This document shows, piece after piece, positions 1-12,800 of a stretch of DNA of 64,000 bases. A program made the translations under genes and the position numbers. How positions within the stretch are numbered: the first letter of the stretch is position 1; every line of letters begins with the position of its first letter. Under the pieces are notes generated by a model. The model did no database searches. It was not told the origin of the DNA and was given only the letters and a program-made list of their open reading frames with translations. The stretch is from sequence record MH494197.1; one strand, 5' to 3'.

Positions 1-1371
1 AAAACAAGTCGCTGATAACACTGATTTATCATATGGCGGTGATTATTATGGATCAGATAGTACCGTTGTGTCAAGCATTGGTGATTTAATTTTGGTGACA
101 CTCCAAGTCGTAACTATAATCTCGAAGCTATCACCTTAAGTTGCGTCTACCAAGTCCAAGAAGCAACTCCTGACTTGAAAATCCCGATTGTTCTTCAACT
201 TTAACACTATGGACATCACAATTCATTATAACACAATGATTCAGCGTTTGGGAAGAAAAATTATGCCGTGACGTAATCGAACTTCCTAACTTACGTGATT
301 TTGATGTACTTGGTAAAGATTCTGGTTTAAACCGCTTCTATGTAGTACAAGATGGGTTTAGAACGTCAGAAGGTTACTCAGTTACATGGCAACATCACAT
401 TTACAAACTCCGTGTTAAACCTCTTACTGATTCACCAGAGTACTCTGACCTTCTAGGTAACAATAACTACCCTGATGACCCAGATGATCCAAACAACGGC
501 AATGGTAATACTGATGATGGCTCTTCAGAGAACAGCAGCTATGGTAATGAAATGGATATTATGAACCGTATCATTATGCAAGCTGATGATGAAGTACCAT
601 ACATTCATTTTACTAACGAACACTTGTTCGATGACAGACCAGATACTGTTGATTTGTCTAAGTATATGCTAAATGGATACGAATTACCAGAGGAACCAGC
701 AAATAAAATGTATTTCCTCAAGAAAACTTACCCAGTACTGAAAGAACTATCTAATGATACATGGATTTCTGTAGAAGTCAAGCGTGGAACAATCTTTCCT
801 CGCAAACCGATGGATGGTGACTTCTTCTTTAAAGAAAACGAGGCTGATGTCACTGGCTTCTCATTGTATCAATACGATAAATCTGCCAAAAGTGGCTAAA
901 TTGTGATGTTGAGTATACTACAGAAAGCACACCACCACAAGGGGTTGATGATTTTTATATTGAATACAAAGAACCACACATTTATCAGTACTTAAATGGT
1001 AAATGGGGAGAACCAGAAGTAACTTACGTTAATGACCCATTCACTTCTAATAGTGTTTATGGAAATATCGATTCACAACAAGATTATCGTCCTAAGATTC
1101 CTCCAGCACGAGGTACAGTTCCTGAAGGTAACATGTTCCCAAGTGATGCAGTTGATGGTGATTACTACTATCGTACCGATTATACACCAGTAACCCTATG
1201 GGAATACAGTGCGTCCAAGAATTCTTGGGTGATTTTCGATTACGGTGGTAGAAAACCGTGGAAGGTGCAGATCTTGCTCTAACAGAATTTGTTAATAGCC
1301 CGAACCGTGTGCCATTACATGATGCAGTTAAACCTAATACAGTGTATCGTATACATAAGGATTCAGAATGA
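1..1371 (+). CDS. Neck/head-completion protein (T4 gp14-like), 5'-truncated by the window edge, frameshifted
   Basis: Reading continues through several indels into ORF 552..899 and on to a TGA overlapping the ATG at 1368. It lies directly upstream of a gp15-like gene; the family call rests on context and recalled similarity. Confidence 0.5.
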
Positions 1372-2690
1372 AAATAGATTATTATTATGATGGTCAATTT
1401 CGTCGAGTACTGAAACATCTTATCAGAGTGTTTGGTGAATTTCAAGTACAAAATGGTGTTGATGCTGACGGAAAACCAAAATATAAGAAAGTTCCTTGCC
1501 GCTATGCAGATATTTCACGTATGGCAGCAGCAATTATTAATGGTAACAGTGAGAACGTGCTTCCAACAGCACCAATCATGACCATTAGTGTAAACCAACT
1601 TAAACTAGATCGCAAGTCAGTTCGTTCAAACGCAAATGAAACATTGGTTATGGGGACTAACAAGTCCCGAATTAACGAATATACTAAAGACTTAGATAAA
1701 CAGTATAAAGTAACTCGTCATAACCCAGTACCTTGGACATTTACTTTTGATGTTAATATTTGGGTTACACAAACACAAACCAAAATGGAACTATTTGAGC
1801 AAATTTCAACATTGTTTGCTCCTAGTATTCAATTACAACTCTCCGAGAACCCATTGGATTGGACATCATTGAGTGATGTGGAGTTAATTGACTGTCAATT
1901 TACTACTCGTGGTTTCCCACAAGGAACCGATAGTGATTTGGATATAATGATTTTGACATTTGAAACAACAATTTGGTTCTCTTTGCCAGCTATTGTTGAG
2001 AAACCAAAACTTATTCAACAAATTACCACCAATATTAAAGGTGCTCGTGATGAACTTGATTTTGAAATTGGTAATTACTCGGATATCATTACTGATGTAT
2101 TCACACCAAAGAACTTATGTATTAAAGTTGATGAAATAACAAACTCTGAACTTAATATTCCAGATACTTACCAACTCACTCTTGTTAGTCAATCACTATC
2201 AGAAACATCACCAAATGGTGGAATTTATTCATGGGAAAAATACCTTAAGTACTTGGACCCAGAATATGAAGACAAGACGGTTGGTATCAAATTCCAACAA
2301 GCTATAGAAGAGGACAACCCACTAAAAGGACACATCTCTTCATTTGGTGAAGGTGCTGAATCTAACAAGATTGTAGTTCAGCTTGATAATAGTAATTATA
2401 CTGTTGATTATACAATACATGGATTCATTAGTAAAAGCTCTTTGTTATATAACGCACTGCCTGAACAATATTATGTAAATAATAGCATACATAACATCAT
2501 TTACAAAGAGACTGAAATCCCAGCGAACTATTTGTTTAAAATTACCAATGATGGAGCAGAACTTATTGAGCCATCACTAGTACACAACTATGTTTATAAT
2601 ATGGAAGATAGTGGATATTATAGATATAATGACAAATTCAAATGGCATAAGAGTATTATGTCAGTATATCGTCAGGGTATTGGAAAATAA
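1368..2690 (+). CDS. Tail terminator / sheath stabilizer (T4 gp15-like)
   Basis: Intact 440-aa ORF. The N-terminus YYYDGQFRRVLKHLIRVFGEFQV...KVPCRY and HNPVPWTFTFDVNIW resemble gp15 family motifs. Confidence 0.7.
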   Translation: MKIDYYYDGQFRRVLKHLIRVFGEFQVQNGVDADGKPKYKKVPCRYADISRMAAAIINGNSENVLPTAPIMTISVNQLKLDRKSVRSNANETLVMGTNKSRINEYTKDLDKQYKVTRHNPVPWTFTFDVNIWVTQTQTKMELFEQISTLFAPSIQLQLSENPLDWTSLSDVELIDCQFTTRGFPQGTDSDLDIMILTFETTIWFSLPAIVEKPKLIQQITTNIKGARDELDFEIGNYSDIITDVFTPKNLCIKVDEITNSELNIPDTYQLTLVSQSLSETSPNGGIYSWEKYLKYLDPEYEDKTVGIKFQQAIEEDNPLKGHISSFGEGAESNKIVVQLDNSNYTVDYTIHGFISKSSLLYNALPEQYYVNNSIHNIIYKETEIPANYLFKITNDGAELIEPSLVHNYVYNMEDSGYYRYNDKFKWHKSIMSVYRQGIGK

Positions 2691-2719
2691 CTTTCACTGA
2701 CAAATAAGGAGGTGTTGTT

Positions 2720-3181
2720 ATGAATGAAGCAGTAGGTGCTATATTTTTATCTAAAAGTACTGGACATATGATGTTAAACTTGAGATCAGAAAGAAGTACG
2801 TATTCTAACAACTGGGCATTTGTTGGTGGGAAGCTTGAGTATAATGAAACTCCGTTACAGGGTCTTATGCGTGAGATTAAAGAAGAGCTAGGTGATTCTA
2901 TTCCAACGATAATAGATATTATACCATTTGATGTATTCTGTACGAAGAATGGTAAATTTAAATATTATTCATTTGTCATTGTAGTTGAAAATGAATTCGT
3001 ACCTACTTTAAATCATGAGAGTTCGGGTTATGCATGGGTTAAGATTGGCTCATGGCCCAAACCATTACATCCGTGCAAAAACACATTACTTAACACAAAT
3101 TTAATGAAGGATTTCTATTCATTGTGGGAAAGTATACGACAAGGTACACAGTTTGTCAACAGCTTACCATATCGATATTAA
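2720..3181 (+). CDS. Nudix hydrolase
   Basis: Nudix box GGKLEYNETPLQGLMREIKEELG; RBS AAGGAGG upstream. Confidence 0.9.
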   Translation: MNEAVGAIFLSKSTGHMMLNLRSERSTYSNNWAFVGGKLEYNETPLQGLMREIKEELGDSIPTIIDIIPFDVFCTKNGKFKYYSFVIVVENEFVPTLNHESSGYAWVKIGSWPKPLHPCKNTLLNTNLMKDFYSLWESIRQGTQFVNSLPYRY

Positions 3182-3182
3182 T

Positions 3183-3210
3183 AAAAAGGAGCCAATGGCT
3201 CCTTTTTCTT
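3183..3210. terminator. Bidirectional intrinsic terminator between convergent genes
   Basis: aaaaaggagcc-aat-ggctcctttttctt. Confidence 0.85.
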
Positions 3211-4303
3211 TATACCCCAATTAGTGGGATACCTGTTATGTTAAGTAGAACAGATGCTTGAAGCTTAACTGACTCACCTGCCGAAAGGTTGTTTACTATA
3301 CCATCGACGCGGAACCCTAAGTTTTTATTAGAGTTGAGAGAGTTAATCACCCAGTTTTCGTAATCCGCTTTTGTAATACCATTCGGATTTGGGAGAGTTG
3401 GATCAACATCATTAATTACCATAGAAACATCCCAATTCGGGCGACTACTTGTAATTACATCCTTGATTGATTCTAGTTGTGTAATGCGACGTGGATCTGG
3501 AATCTGACTTGCACCAATTGAACCGAAAAATGTACCTTGGTTATCAACATAGAACTGACCTTTAATGAAAAATGTTTTGAATTATACGGAAGAGAAACAA
3601 TTTCACCTGATGAATCACTAACTTCACGAATCATAATTTTCAATTCATAAAAATAGTTACTACCAAATTCAAACACACCAGTACCATTTGTGAATGTTGT
3701 CCAGTTATTTGAATCAACCTGTGAAGTACCACCCATATTGAAGTACGCTAATGGCTTAGTACTGTTACTTTGTGTAAATTCAATATATTTCTTACCTGTA
3801 TCATAGTTGATATCAAGTAGTGTTGAGTACTCTTTATTTTCTGGACGAGATGTTTGAATTTCACGCCATTCTTTATTTTTCATTAGGACACGAAGGAATC
3901 ACCATTACTGGTAAGAACCATACGACCCATAATACTATTTTCACCATCTGGTACTGTGTTGAAAATTGAAATCATTGGGATAGATGCCCAGTCAGCTTCA
4001 GATGCAGTATCTACTGGCTGACGAGCATTATCAACTAATGCAAGAAGTAGTTCGCCAGTGTTGCCAGTATTTCTGTACCAAATCTGACCATTAACGTTAC
4101 CACGAGGTGCAGTAGCTCCACTGAAGTTCTCAACCAAGTGGAGGAAGTTTTCGTTCCATGCTTGACCGTAACCAACTTTATTTCGACCTGCAAAGTTTAA
4201 CGGTACTGGGTTACTACCGTTGGTTTGGTCCTAATATTACGTTATTTGGAATGGTAGCATAAACGCTACCATTACTTCTATAAATTGTATAACTTACACT
4301 CAT
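3210..4303 (-). CDS. Baseplate/virion structural protein (frameshifted)
   Basis: Fragments 3883..4137, 3473..3883 and 3210..3422 join into one gene starting at ATG 4303; includes GYGQAWNENFLHLVENFSG...GQIWY typical of jumbo-phage baseplate proteins. Confidence 0.5.
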
Positions 4304-4315
4304 ATCATCACCTTA

Positions 4316-4922
4316 TTATTGTAGTTGGACACGAACTGTGTATTTGATTTGCAAAACACGGTTAGCACTTTTCTCAACTGGGTGAAAAATAATATGGGTA
4401 AGTGGAATACCGCTATCACCATTTGTATATAAACCCAATTCGTCAAATACATATGTCCCATCCATGCTAGTACCAGAGCTAACACCTTGGTCAGATGGCT
4501 CACCTAAACCTAATGTGCAAATACAGACGATATCAGTGTAAGCTTGGCACGGAATGTGAACAGTTGTAATGTTGTTATATTGTGAATCAATACCAGCAGA
4601 GATACGTGGGTTGATTTTTTCAGATAAGTCTGAGAATATAGACCACCGAAAGAAGTAACGCGTGGTTTCTTGTATGTGATACGACCAGTACTCAAAACTA
4701 CTGTTCCACCATTACCAAAACGCATCTCACTAATAGATCCAATAGGAATACCAGTACTATCTTGATTATAAGCCAACGCATTAGCAATAGCAGTACTCAT
4801 ATTTTCAGGGTGAATTGCGTTTGATTTATCCAAAACGATTTTTGGTTAGATGGATCAGTAACGTCAGTAATTAGTACATGACCCTTAACAAATAGTTTTG
4901 GTTGTTCTGTTTCTAATTTCAT
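4316..4922 (-). CDS. Conserved virion protein (frameshifted)
   Basis: ORF 4510..4833 (NAIHPENMSTAIA...RFGNGGT) extended through indels; located in a structural operon. Confidence 0.45.
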
Positions 4923-4966
4923 TTCTAATCCTTAGTAGTTAATTAAAATTTGTTCTAACTTACCAG

Positions 4967-5428
4967 CTAAACTTTTTGTACATCAGATGGATACTTGCTA
5001 ATGTAATCACGGTCAATACCGACTTTCAGATAGGTAAAGTTTCCGGTTAAGGTTTCAGCGAATGTACCAGTTGTACCTTGTTCTCTAATAAGGTCACCGC
5101 CATTTGGGTTAAGAATGACATTATCAGTAAATTCAAGATAGAAGTTGCAGCTTTCGGTAAATTTAATTGGGAACCAATCATCGTCAGATGGATTACTTGC
5201 CAGTGTAGCGAGTACGTAAATTCTACCAATGAAGTTACGTAGGGTAAAGGATATTGTATGTAATCCTGTAGTACTACCATAATAGCCGCCACTAGCTAAT
5301 GGTAATGTTTGTTCGTTCCAATGATAATCTAAGTTAGCAGGATACCAGCTATCTGATTCAGGAAATTCTTGCCATGAACCATCTTTAGTTTTTCTTTTGA
5401 AGAGGAAGTCTTTTGATCTTAATGCCAT
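4967..5428 (-). CDS. Hypothetical structural protein
   Basis: Intact 153-aa ORF downstream of a TAAATA late-promoter motif. Confidence 0.55.
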   Translation of the reverse strand: MALRSKDFLFKRKTKDGSWQEFPESDSWYPANLDYHWNEQTLPLASGGYYGSTTGLHTISFTLRNFIGRIYVLATLASNPSDDDWFPIKFTESCNFYLEFTDNVILNPNGGDLIREQGTTGTFAETLTGNFTYLKVGIDRDYISKYPSDVQKV

Positions 5429-5459
5429 TGTTAAGCCCTTTTAGTAGTGAACTTTCATT

Positions 5460-5501
5460 TATTTATTAATGGCAACGAAATGTATTTTGTACTGATAAAT
5501 A
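5460..5501. promoter_or_regulatory. Divergent pair of T4-like late promoter motifs (TAAATA)
   Basis: TATTTA at 5460-5465 (minus) and TAAATA at 5496-5501 (plus) between divergent structural genes. The same hexamer precedes other structural genes (9766, 14840, 21501 plus; 36476, 37249, 40297, 42152 minus). Confidence 0.6.
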
Positions 5502-5537
5502 TTGGTATATGACATTAACTCATACAAGGGAAATATT

Positions 5538-6663
5538 ATGACAATTTCATTCAACAATGGGTCAGGTGGTTCATGTAATAATTCTGGCATCAAAAGTTTA
5601 GTTATTAACGCTGCTGGACATTTAATTGTAACCTATTCCGACAATACAATCCAAGACCTAGGTCTAGTGGTTGGACAAAATGGTGCTAACGGTAGAAACT
5701 TTTATCCAAATGAGATAGGTTTTGAAGTTCCTAATGAACTCTTCCGTGTTGGTGAAGAACTAGGGTGGTGTTATCTTAGTCTTGCAAACGGCACTAGTAC
5801 TTTATATTTTAAATCAAACGATGCCCAAGAAACAATTAGTACTTGGAACCGTGTAGAGTTTGGTAAAGGTGATACTGGTGAAGCTGGTAAACCATTCCAC
5901 ATTGACAGTTCTGGTACGGCGTTTCCAACAACTGGTCTTTTCGATAATTACACATTCTATAATACTGAAGATGGTAAATTATATTTCTATCAAAGCGTAA
6001 CTGCAACATGGAGTGATGGTATTCCTTTCCGTGGTGAACAAGGTCTACGTGGTCGTTTCCATATTGATAGTACTGGTAGTCAATTCCCAAGCATTGATAA
6101 TCTACCACAAGATTATTGCTTCTATAACACGACAGATGGTAATTTGTATTATGTCGATATCGTAACTACATCATCAACCCCAACTAAAGAGTGGAGTGCT
6201 GGTATCTTATTCCGTGGAAAAGACGGTGAAGAAGGTAAGCAAGGTGAACAAGGTATTCAGGGTGAACGGTAAAGATACAGTTGTTATCATCAACACTATT
6301 GATCATTCATGGACTAACGCATTGTTAGTTATTGGTACATGCCCTGCTGGATACCTAGTAACTAATATCGAAGTTGATATTAACCAAGCATATGATGAAC
6401 CAGTAAATGAAATGTTTGTACGTTTCGGTGGTGAAGCACAAGAAGATATTGGTGGTACTGTAATTGCACCTGTTGATTATTTCGATATCAACCGCAAAAT
6501 GCGTTACATTGTTAACGAAACCAACCACGAAGTATCAAGTAAAGATGAAATCATTTCTTGTGTATTCAATGATTCCGTAAACAACAGTTCATTTGGTGAA
6601 ATGAAGATCGTTTGTACTTTATCATGGCAAGCACCTATTCAGCCTATTCAAGATAACATTTAA
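5538..6663 (+). CDS. Tail fibre-associated protein with short collagen-like G-X-Y stretch (frameshifted near 6270)
   Basis: ORFs 5502..6272 and 6196..6663 overlap in different frames; GKDGEEGKQGEQGIQGE; repeated FHIDSxGxxFP...FYNTxDGxLY units. Confidence 0.55.
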
Positions 6664-6676
6664 AGAGGGTTGATAA

Positions 6677-8805
6677 ATGGCAGTTTTTCCAATTTAGAAG
6701 GGACCATGATGCCAACATTCAAGTTGGGTAAACGTGGTGCTTCTATTAATTTTGTAAACGATTCTGTCGCAATCAAAGACTTTTAGGCGAAACGTTCCTA
6801 CCTGTTAAGGTGGGAACTCCTAATGACGATGATTCCGCAGTAAACGTTAGGTATCTTGAAGATAACCCAAATGCTTTATTTGGCGTACTTCCACCAACAA
6901 ATGACATTGGTAAAAATAACAACACTTATTTTCAAGTTGATTCTGAGGGTATTGTTGATATCTTTGCAAAACAAATGATGTTTGGGTAAAATCATTATAC
7001 ATTAATAAAAATGTCCTTTCCAGTGTTAACGGTGCTGATTATATCGGACTTATTACTGGAGGAACACTTCAACAGGCACAGTTTTACATAACACCAGAAG
7101 AGTTTGGTGCAAAGGTGATGGCATCACTGATGACACGGCGGCGTTAACGCATGTGCAGTTTATGCTAAAGAACACAAAATCCAAATTCAAGCTGGTGGTA
7201 ATTATCGTATCAGAACTGCTGTTTATTTGAATGATATTCAATGGTTTGGTGGTACAATCACTGGTAACGGTGGCACAATGGTATCGGTACTGAATAGTAC
7301 AATCCAACAAGCAACATTAACAGGATGTTATTTAAAATTCTTTGGTGGTAATGGTAAATTTTATTTTAATAAATTTATTAATATTACAAGTACTGCTGCA
7401 TTTCTAATGCAAGGTATGACTGAATCAGGTACTATCGACTTCTGCTTTAATGAAATGACACAATGTAAGTACGGTGTTCTTCAGCAAGGCACTGGTGAAA
7501 AATGACAGTTGGGCGTTATTCATACAACCACATCCATGATATATATGGTGATGCAATTGAATTGAACGTAGTCAACTCACATTACCCAGACGGATTTGTA
7601 ATAGAAGGCAACTTGATTGAAAACGTAGATGGTACAAATGCACCAATTCCTCTTTCAAACTGGGGTATTGGTATCGGTGTTGCAGGTTCTGGTCCTTATG
7701 ATGTGAATGCTGATGATTCACAATATGTAAAAAATTCGTTATAAAAATAACCGCTTGTACAATGTCCGTCAATGTATTCACGTTGAGTTGGGTAAAGACT
7801 TTAAAATTCTCAATAATGAAGTTTATCCATCAACGTTGGTATCAATTGGTACTGGTTTGACAACCGCTGGTGTAATTACTTATGGTTCTGTTGATTTTAT
7901 TATTGATGGCCTATCTGGGCATCTATTAAATGATCCATCAGTAACTAACCGTATGGTTTCTATTAACTGGGGCGTAACATCTGGTAAATTTGCTGGTCCT
8001 CCACGAAACTTTAAATTATGTAATCTCCACATTCCTGAGTCGTCTATTATTGTGTATACTTCAGGCTCTGATAATTGGCTAAATACTACTGAACTTTCTA
8101 ATATTACATGTAGTAGAATTCAATGGCGTGGATTGCCGTCATCTTCCAAGTTTAATAATATCAGTACTAAAGAACTTGATGTTATTGGACAACACCTTGC
8201 AACTGAAGGTGAAGGAGGGGCTTATATACTCGCTCTAAATATACATATACCAACTGGACTAATTGTGTTGTTCAAGATGATTGTAACATATCAAAATATA
8301 GTTTCTCAAGAATGTATGTTGACCGTATTGACCAATCATCTAATAACTTTAAAGTAACCACTGCAATTGATGGAACGGGTCATCGTGGACCTGTAGTAAT
8401 ACCTGTAGTTGAACAGTATTACGTGCCTTATGATGTTTTTCCGGTGGGAGATATTTCCCAACAGGAACAATTATCCATAAACAATCAGGTGGAAAATTTA
8501 TTGTTACAGTAGGTGGTTCTTTCTTTGGTCGATATGACACAATTAGACAAACAGTTGCAGGACAAACTTATATCGAAGCATTGGGTGTATCATGGGGTGA
8601 TAATCAATATGCTAAAGCTGCTGGAACCGAAATCCTAATCACAGGAGCAGGGGAAAATGGCGAAGATTTAAAACATATATCACTAGAGCAGTTTATGTTG
8701 TTAATAATGCGTATCGTATCGATATTGCCGATCCGATTGTTACTGCTACCGCAGCAGGGCATTATTGAAAGCTGCTCAACCAATAACATATATCACCCTA
8801 TCTTA
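6677..8805 (+). CDS. Tailspike with WcaM-like (colanic acid-degrading) beta-helix domain, frameshifted
   Basis: Fragments contain NWGIGIGVAGSGPY...QYVKNF and RQCIHVELGKDF, matching recalled WcaM motifs (NWGIGIGLAG; RQLxHVENGKHF). An FGAKGDGITDDTAA pectate-lyase-type start lies near 7100-7140. Confidence 0.7.
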
Positions 8806-8820
8806 AAGGAGATTATAAAA

Positions 8821-9715
8821 ATGGCAGTTTTTCTAATTTAGAAGGAACCATGAAGAAGACCTTCATACTTGGTAAAAATGGTGCACAAATTGCCACTAAT
8901 GGTAATGTTGTTCAAATCCAGAACTACACGGGTACACAACTTCTTCCTGTTTCAGCAGGTGACCCAACCGCAAATACACACTTGGTTACATTGGGTTATT
9001 TGAATACACATAGCGGTGGTGGTGGCGGTTCCGGTATTTTACGTGGAACTATTGCACCATCTGAATCAATCGGTGTAGATGGTGACGCTTACTTCTTAGT
9101 TGACAGTACTAATATTATTCAGATCTATATTAAAGACCTTGGTGTTTGGAAGCCTCTCCAAAGCACAACTCCGTACTGATAGTTCTTACGTTACTACTGA
9201 AATCGTTCCTGTATCGGCATTTACATTAGTTCACGGAACAACAGATCAATATACTTATTCTTTACCTGAATCAGTACATGGTCGTGGTCCAGATATTATG
9301 GTTCAGCTACAGGGTGATCCCGGTAACATCCCACTTGACACTGTATTCCAAACTAACGTCACTGTGAGTGGTATTGGTGACATTACGATTGATGTTATTG
9401 GTCAAATTACTGAATACACAAGTGTCAAAGTCAACATCATAGGAGCAACAACAATGACAGTACCTTATAGTAAATTAATTAATATAGCAGATTGGGTAGC
9501 ATCTGGTGATGATTACACCATTACTGTTCCAGCGTCAGAACATAACCAAACACCTGACAATTTGTATATTTCTATATATTCAAATAAAACACCGCAGTAC
9601 AGCAGCATCACCATTTGAACTGGTAATAACCGAAACTCAAATTGATGCAAGTGGTAATGTTACATTCACTTCTGATGAAGCGTTTAGTGGTAAAATAGTA
9701 ATTTCCGGTAAATAA
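8821..9715 (+). CDS. Tail fibre/spike-associated protein sharing the N-terminal anchor of the tailspike (frameshifted)
   Basis: After one-base correction both 6677 and 8821 start MAVFSNLEGTMxxTFxLGKxGA; fragments 8850..9179, 9100..9618, 9506..9715. Confidence 0.6.
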
Positions 9716-9716
9716 A

Positions 9717-9754
9717 AAATAATCCAGACTGCGTTCCATCGAGTCTGGATTTTT
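9717..9754 (+). terminator. Intrinsic terminator
   Basis: aatccagact-cgttccatc-gagtctggattttt stem followed by a T-run. Confidence 0.7.
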
Positions 9755-9829
9755 ATATTAATAACTAAATATATGTATATTAACAAGGTCAAATGTATTT
9801 TATGCTTTTGCCTATTTGGAGGGAACTAA

Positions 9830-12800
9830 ATGTACTCGATTAAAACAGATCTAGATATAACTGGTGGTGCAACGGTTGGTAAAGATCTTCTTGTGAAAGG
9901 CGATGCAGTATTCAATAAAAATCTAACAGTTAATGGAACTGTAACTTTTGCTGACGCTGTATTCACTGCAATTGAAGCAGGAACTGTAGACATTTCATCT
10001 ACACTAGATGTTGCTGGTAAAGCATCATTGAATGGTGGAATTGAAGTTCATGGTAATTCCGTAATTGGTAATTTGCCTGTTGGCTCTGATACTGCAACGA
10101 TTAATTCTAATGCACAATTCCAAAGCCCAGTATCAATGGCAGGTAACCTAACACAAACCGCTGGCACTGCTGTACTAAAAGATACCCAAGTGGCATCAAT
10201 GGATGTTCTTGGAACTTCTTCATTTAAAGGTAATATTACTGCTGAAACTGGCACTACCGCAGCATTTGACAAAATAACTGCAACTGATGCAACATTCACA
10301 AACACTGCAACTACTGATATCACATCAACTGGAACTGCAAACTTTAAAGATGTGAATATTTCCGGTACACTAGGTGGAACATTTAGTCTATCTGATGTTA
10401 ATGCAACAACTCTAACTGTTTCTGGTTTAACCAGTCTACAAGGTGGTGTTACATTAGGTTCCAACATTACTGGTGTGAATAGTAGTGCAAACTTCCGTGA
10501 TATTAAAATTGGTTCCAATGCTGCAAACACTAACTACCGTTTGAGCTTTAACTATTCTGCTCCAAGTCTTCGCCCAACTGTAATTCTACAGAACGAAATC
10601 CAATCAGAATTGATGTCTCCAGCTACCCTAAGTGTATTGAAAACTGCATCTTTTGGTGATTCGTCATTATCCACTTTTGGTATTACTGGTAATGGTCTAA
10701 ACAAACTAGATTACCTAACAGTATCTGGTAACTCTGTTCAAGATCCAGCAACTCCACTATTACAAGTAACTTCAGGTAAAACTAAAGTTCATGATTTCGA
10801 AGTAACAGGAACTGCAACTATTCCTAACATTGAAAGTACTGGTACTGCTAATTTTAATAACATCAACGTATCTGGTACACTCGGCGGTACTTTCAGTCTT
10901 GATGATATTGAAGCAAACACTCTAACTGTTTCTGGATTAACTAGCCTTGTTGGTGGTGTAACTTTAGGTGCTGATATTTCCGGTGCTAATAGTACTGCTA
11001 ATTTTAAAGCAGTAAGTTTAGGACAAAACGCAGCCGATGCTAACGTTAAGTATGGTTTTGCTTATTCTGCCCGGTGCTCGTCCAACTGTAATTCTACAAA
11101 ATGAAATTCAGTCTGAACTAGTATCTCCAGCAGTACTAAATGTACAAAAACTGCTACCTTTGGTGATGCATCTCTTGCAACCTATGGTATCACAGGTAAC
11201 GGTCTAAACAAACTAGATTATCTATCTATTACTGGTAATGGTACACAAAGTCCAGCTACCCCACAACTACAAGTAGCTGGTAAATCAGTACTAAATGATG
11301 TTGAATTCACTGGTACTGTAACTGGTCTAACTGTTGATGTGAGTGGACAAGATCTAACTCCTAAATCAGTAGTTGCTGCTGAAGCAATCAAAGGTCAAAC
11401 CCTTGAATCAGTTGGTCAAACCACCGTAGGAACTAACCTACAAGTTGGTGGAACTGCTAATGTTGTTGGTGCACTAACTGGTACTGCTGCTACCTTCACT
11501 GGTGATGTAAGTGCTGCTAAAGGTACTTTCAGTGGTGATGTTAGCGTTACTGGTCAAACTGTAACTGTACGTGATTTAGTAGTAACTGGTACAACTACTG
11601 GTGTAACTGCCCAAGCTGATGTTGATGGTCTTGATATCGCCCCAAATAAAGTTGATGTTACAACAACACTATCTGTTGCTGGGGACACTACTTTAGCTGG
11701 CCTAACTGCTAGTTCAGTAACCAGTACTGGTGATGTTACTGGTGCGTCTGTATCTGGTAATACAGTAACTGCGGCTGGTGCACTATCTGGTGGTTCTCTT
11801 GCAGTAACTGGTGCTGGTTCTATGGCTTCACTAACTGTTCCAAGTATTACTGGTGACACTACTTTTGCTAATAACGTAACTATTACTGGAACACTAACTC
11901 CGAGTAGTATAGATTTAAGCACTACTGATGTAAGTGCTGCTTCTTTAACAACTACTGGTAACGTAACTGTTGGTGGTTCTCTTGCAGTAACTGGTGCTAT
12001 TGATTTGTCTGCTGCTGATGTAGTAACAAAATCAGTTAGTGCAACTAACCCAAGTACATTTGGTGTAATTAATGCATCTTCTGTTGTCGCAACTGGTGAC
12101 GTTTCAGGTGGCACTCTAACTACTACTGGTGCAGCGAAAGTAGGAACACTAACTAGTACTGGTGTAGTATCTGGTTCGCGTTTGTCTTCTGGTACTGCAA
12201 CAATCTCAACTTCTGTAACAGTTCCAACTTTACAAGCTGAAGCTGCTGGTGCTGGTACACTAAATCTAGCAAGTAATGTTGTCGCGGCAAAGATCTAACT
12301 GTCACTGGTGTATTCAAACCTGAAGGTGGTCTTGACCTAACAACTGTTGATATTACTGCAAACTCACTAACTACTACTGCTGATGTTAATGTTGGTGGAA
12401 ACTTAGTAGTTGATGGTACTTTTGACCTAAGTGCTGCTGATGTGTCTGTGAAATCTCTTGCAAGTGCAGAGACAATTACAAGTGCTGGTGTTATTACCGT
12501 TACCGATTCAACCAATACTAGTTCGTTACCTAAAATTACTTCAACTGATGCAACACTCTTTACAGTAAATGCAGGTACTATTAATGCAACTGGCAACAGT
12601 GTACTACAAAGTGTATCAGCTACTCAAGTAACTGCAACTAGTGCTGAATTGACTGGTGTTGGTCTTGGTCTTCAAGTCGATAATGATGCAAACGTTGGTG
12701 GTGCATTATCTGTTGGTGGAATCGCAACTGTTGGTTCTTTAACAACAACTGCTGCTTCTCTTAATATTGCAAAAATACTGCAATCACTGGTGATTTAGCT

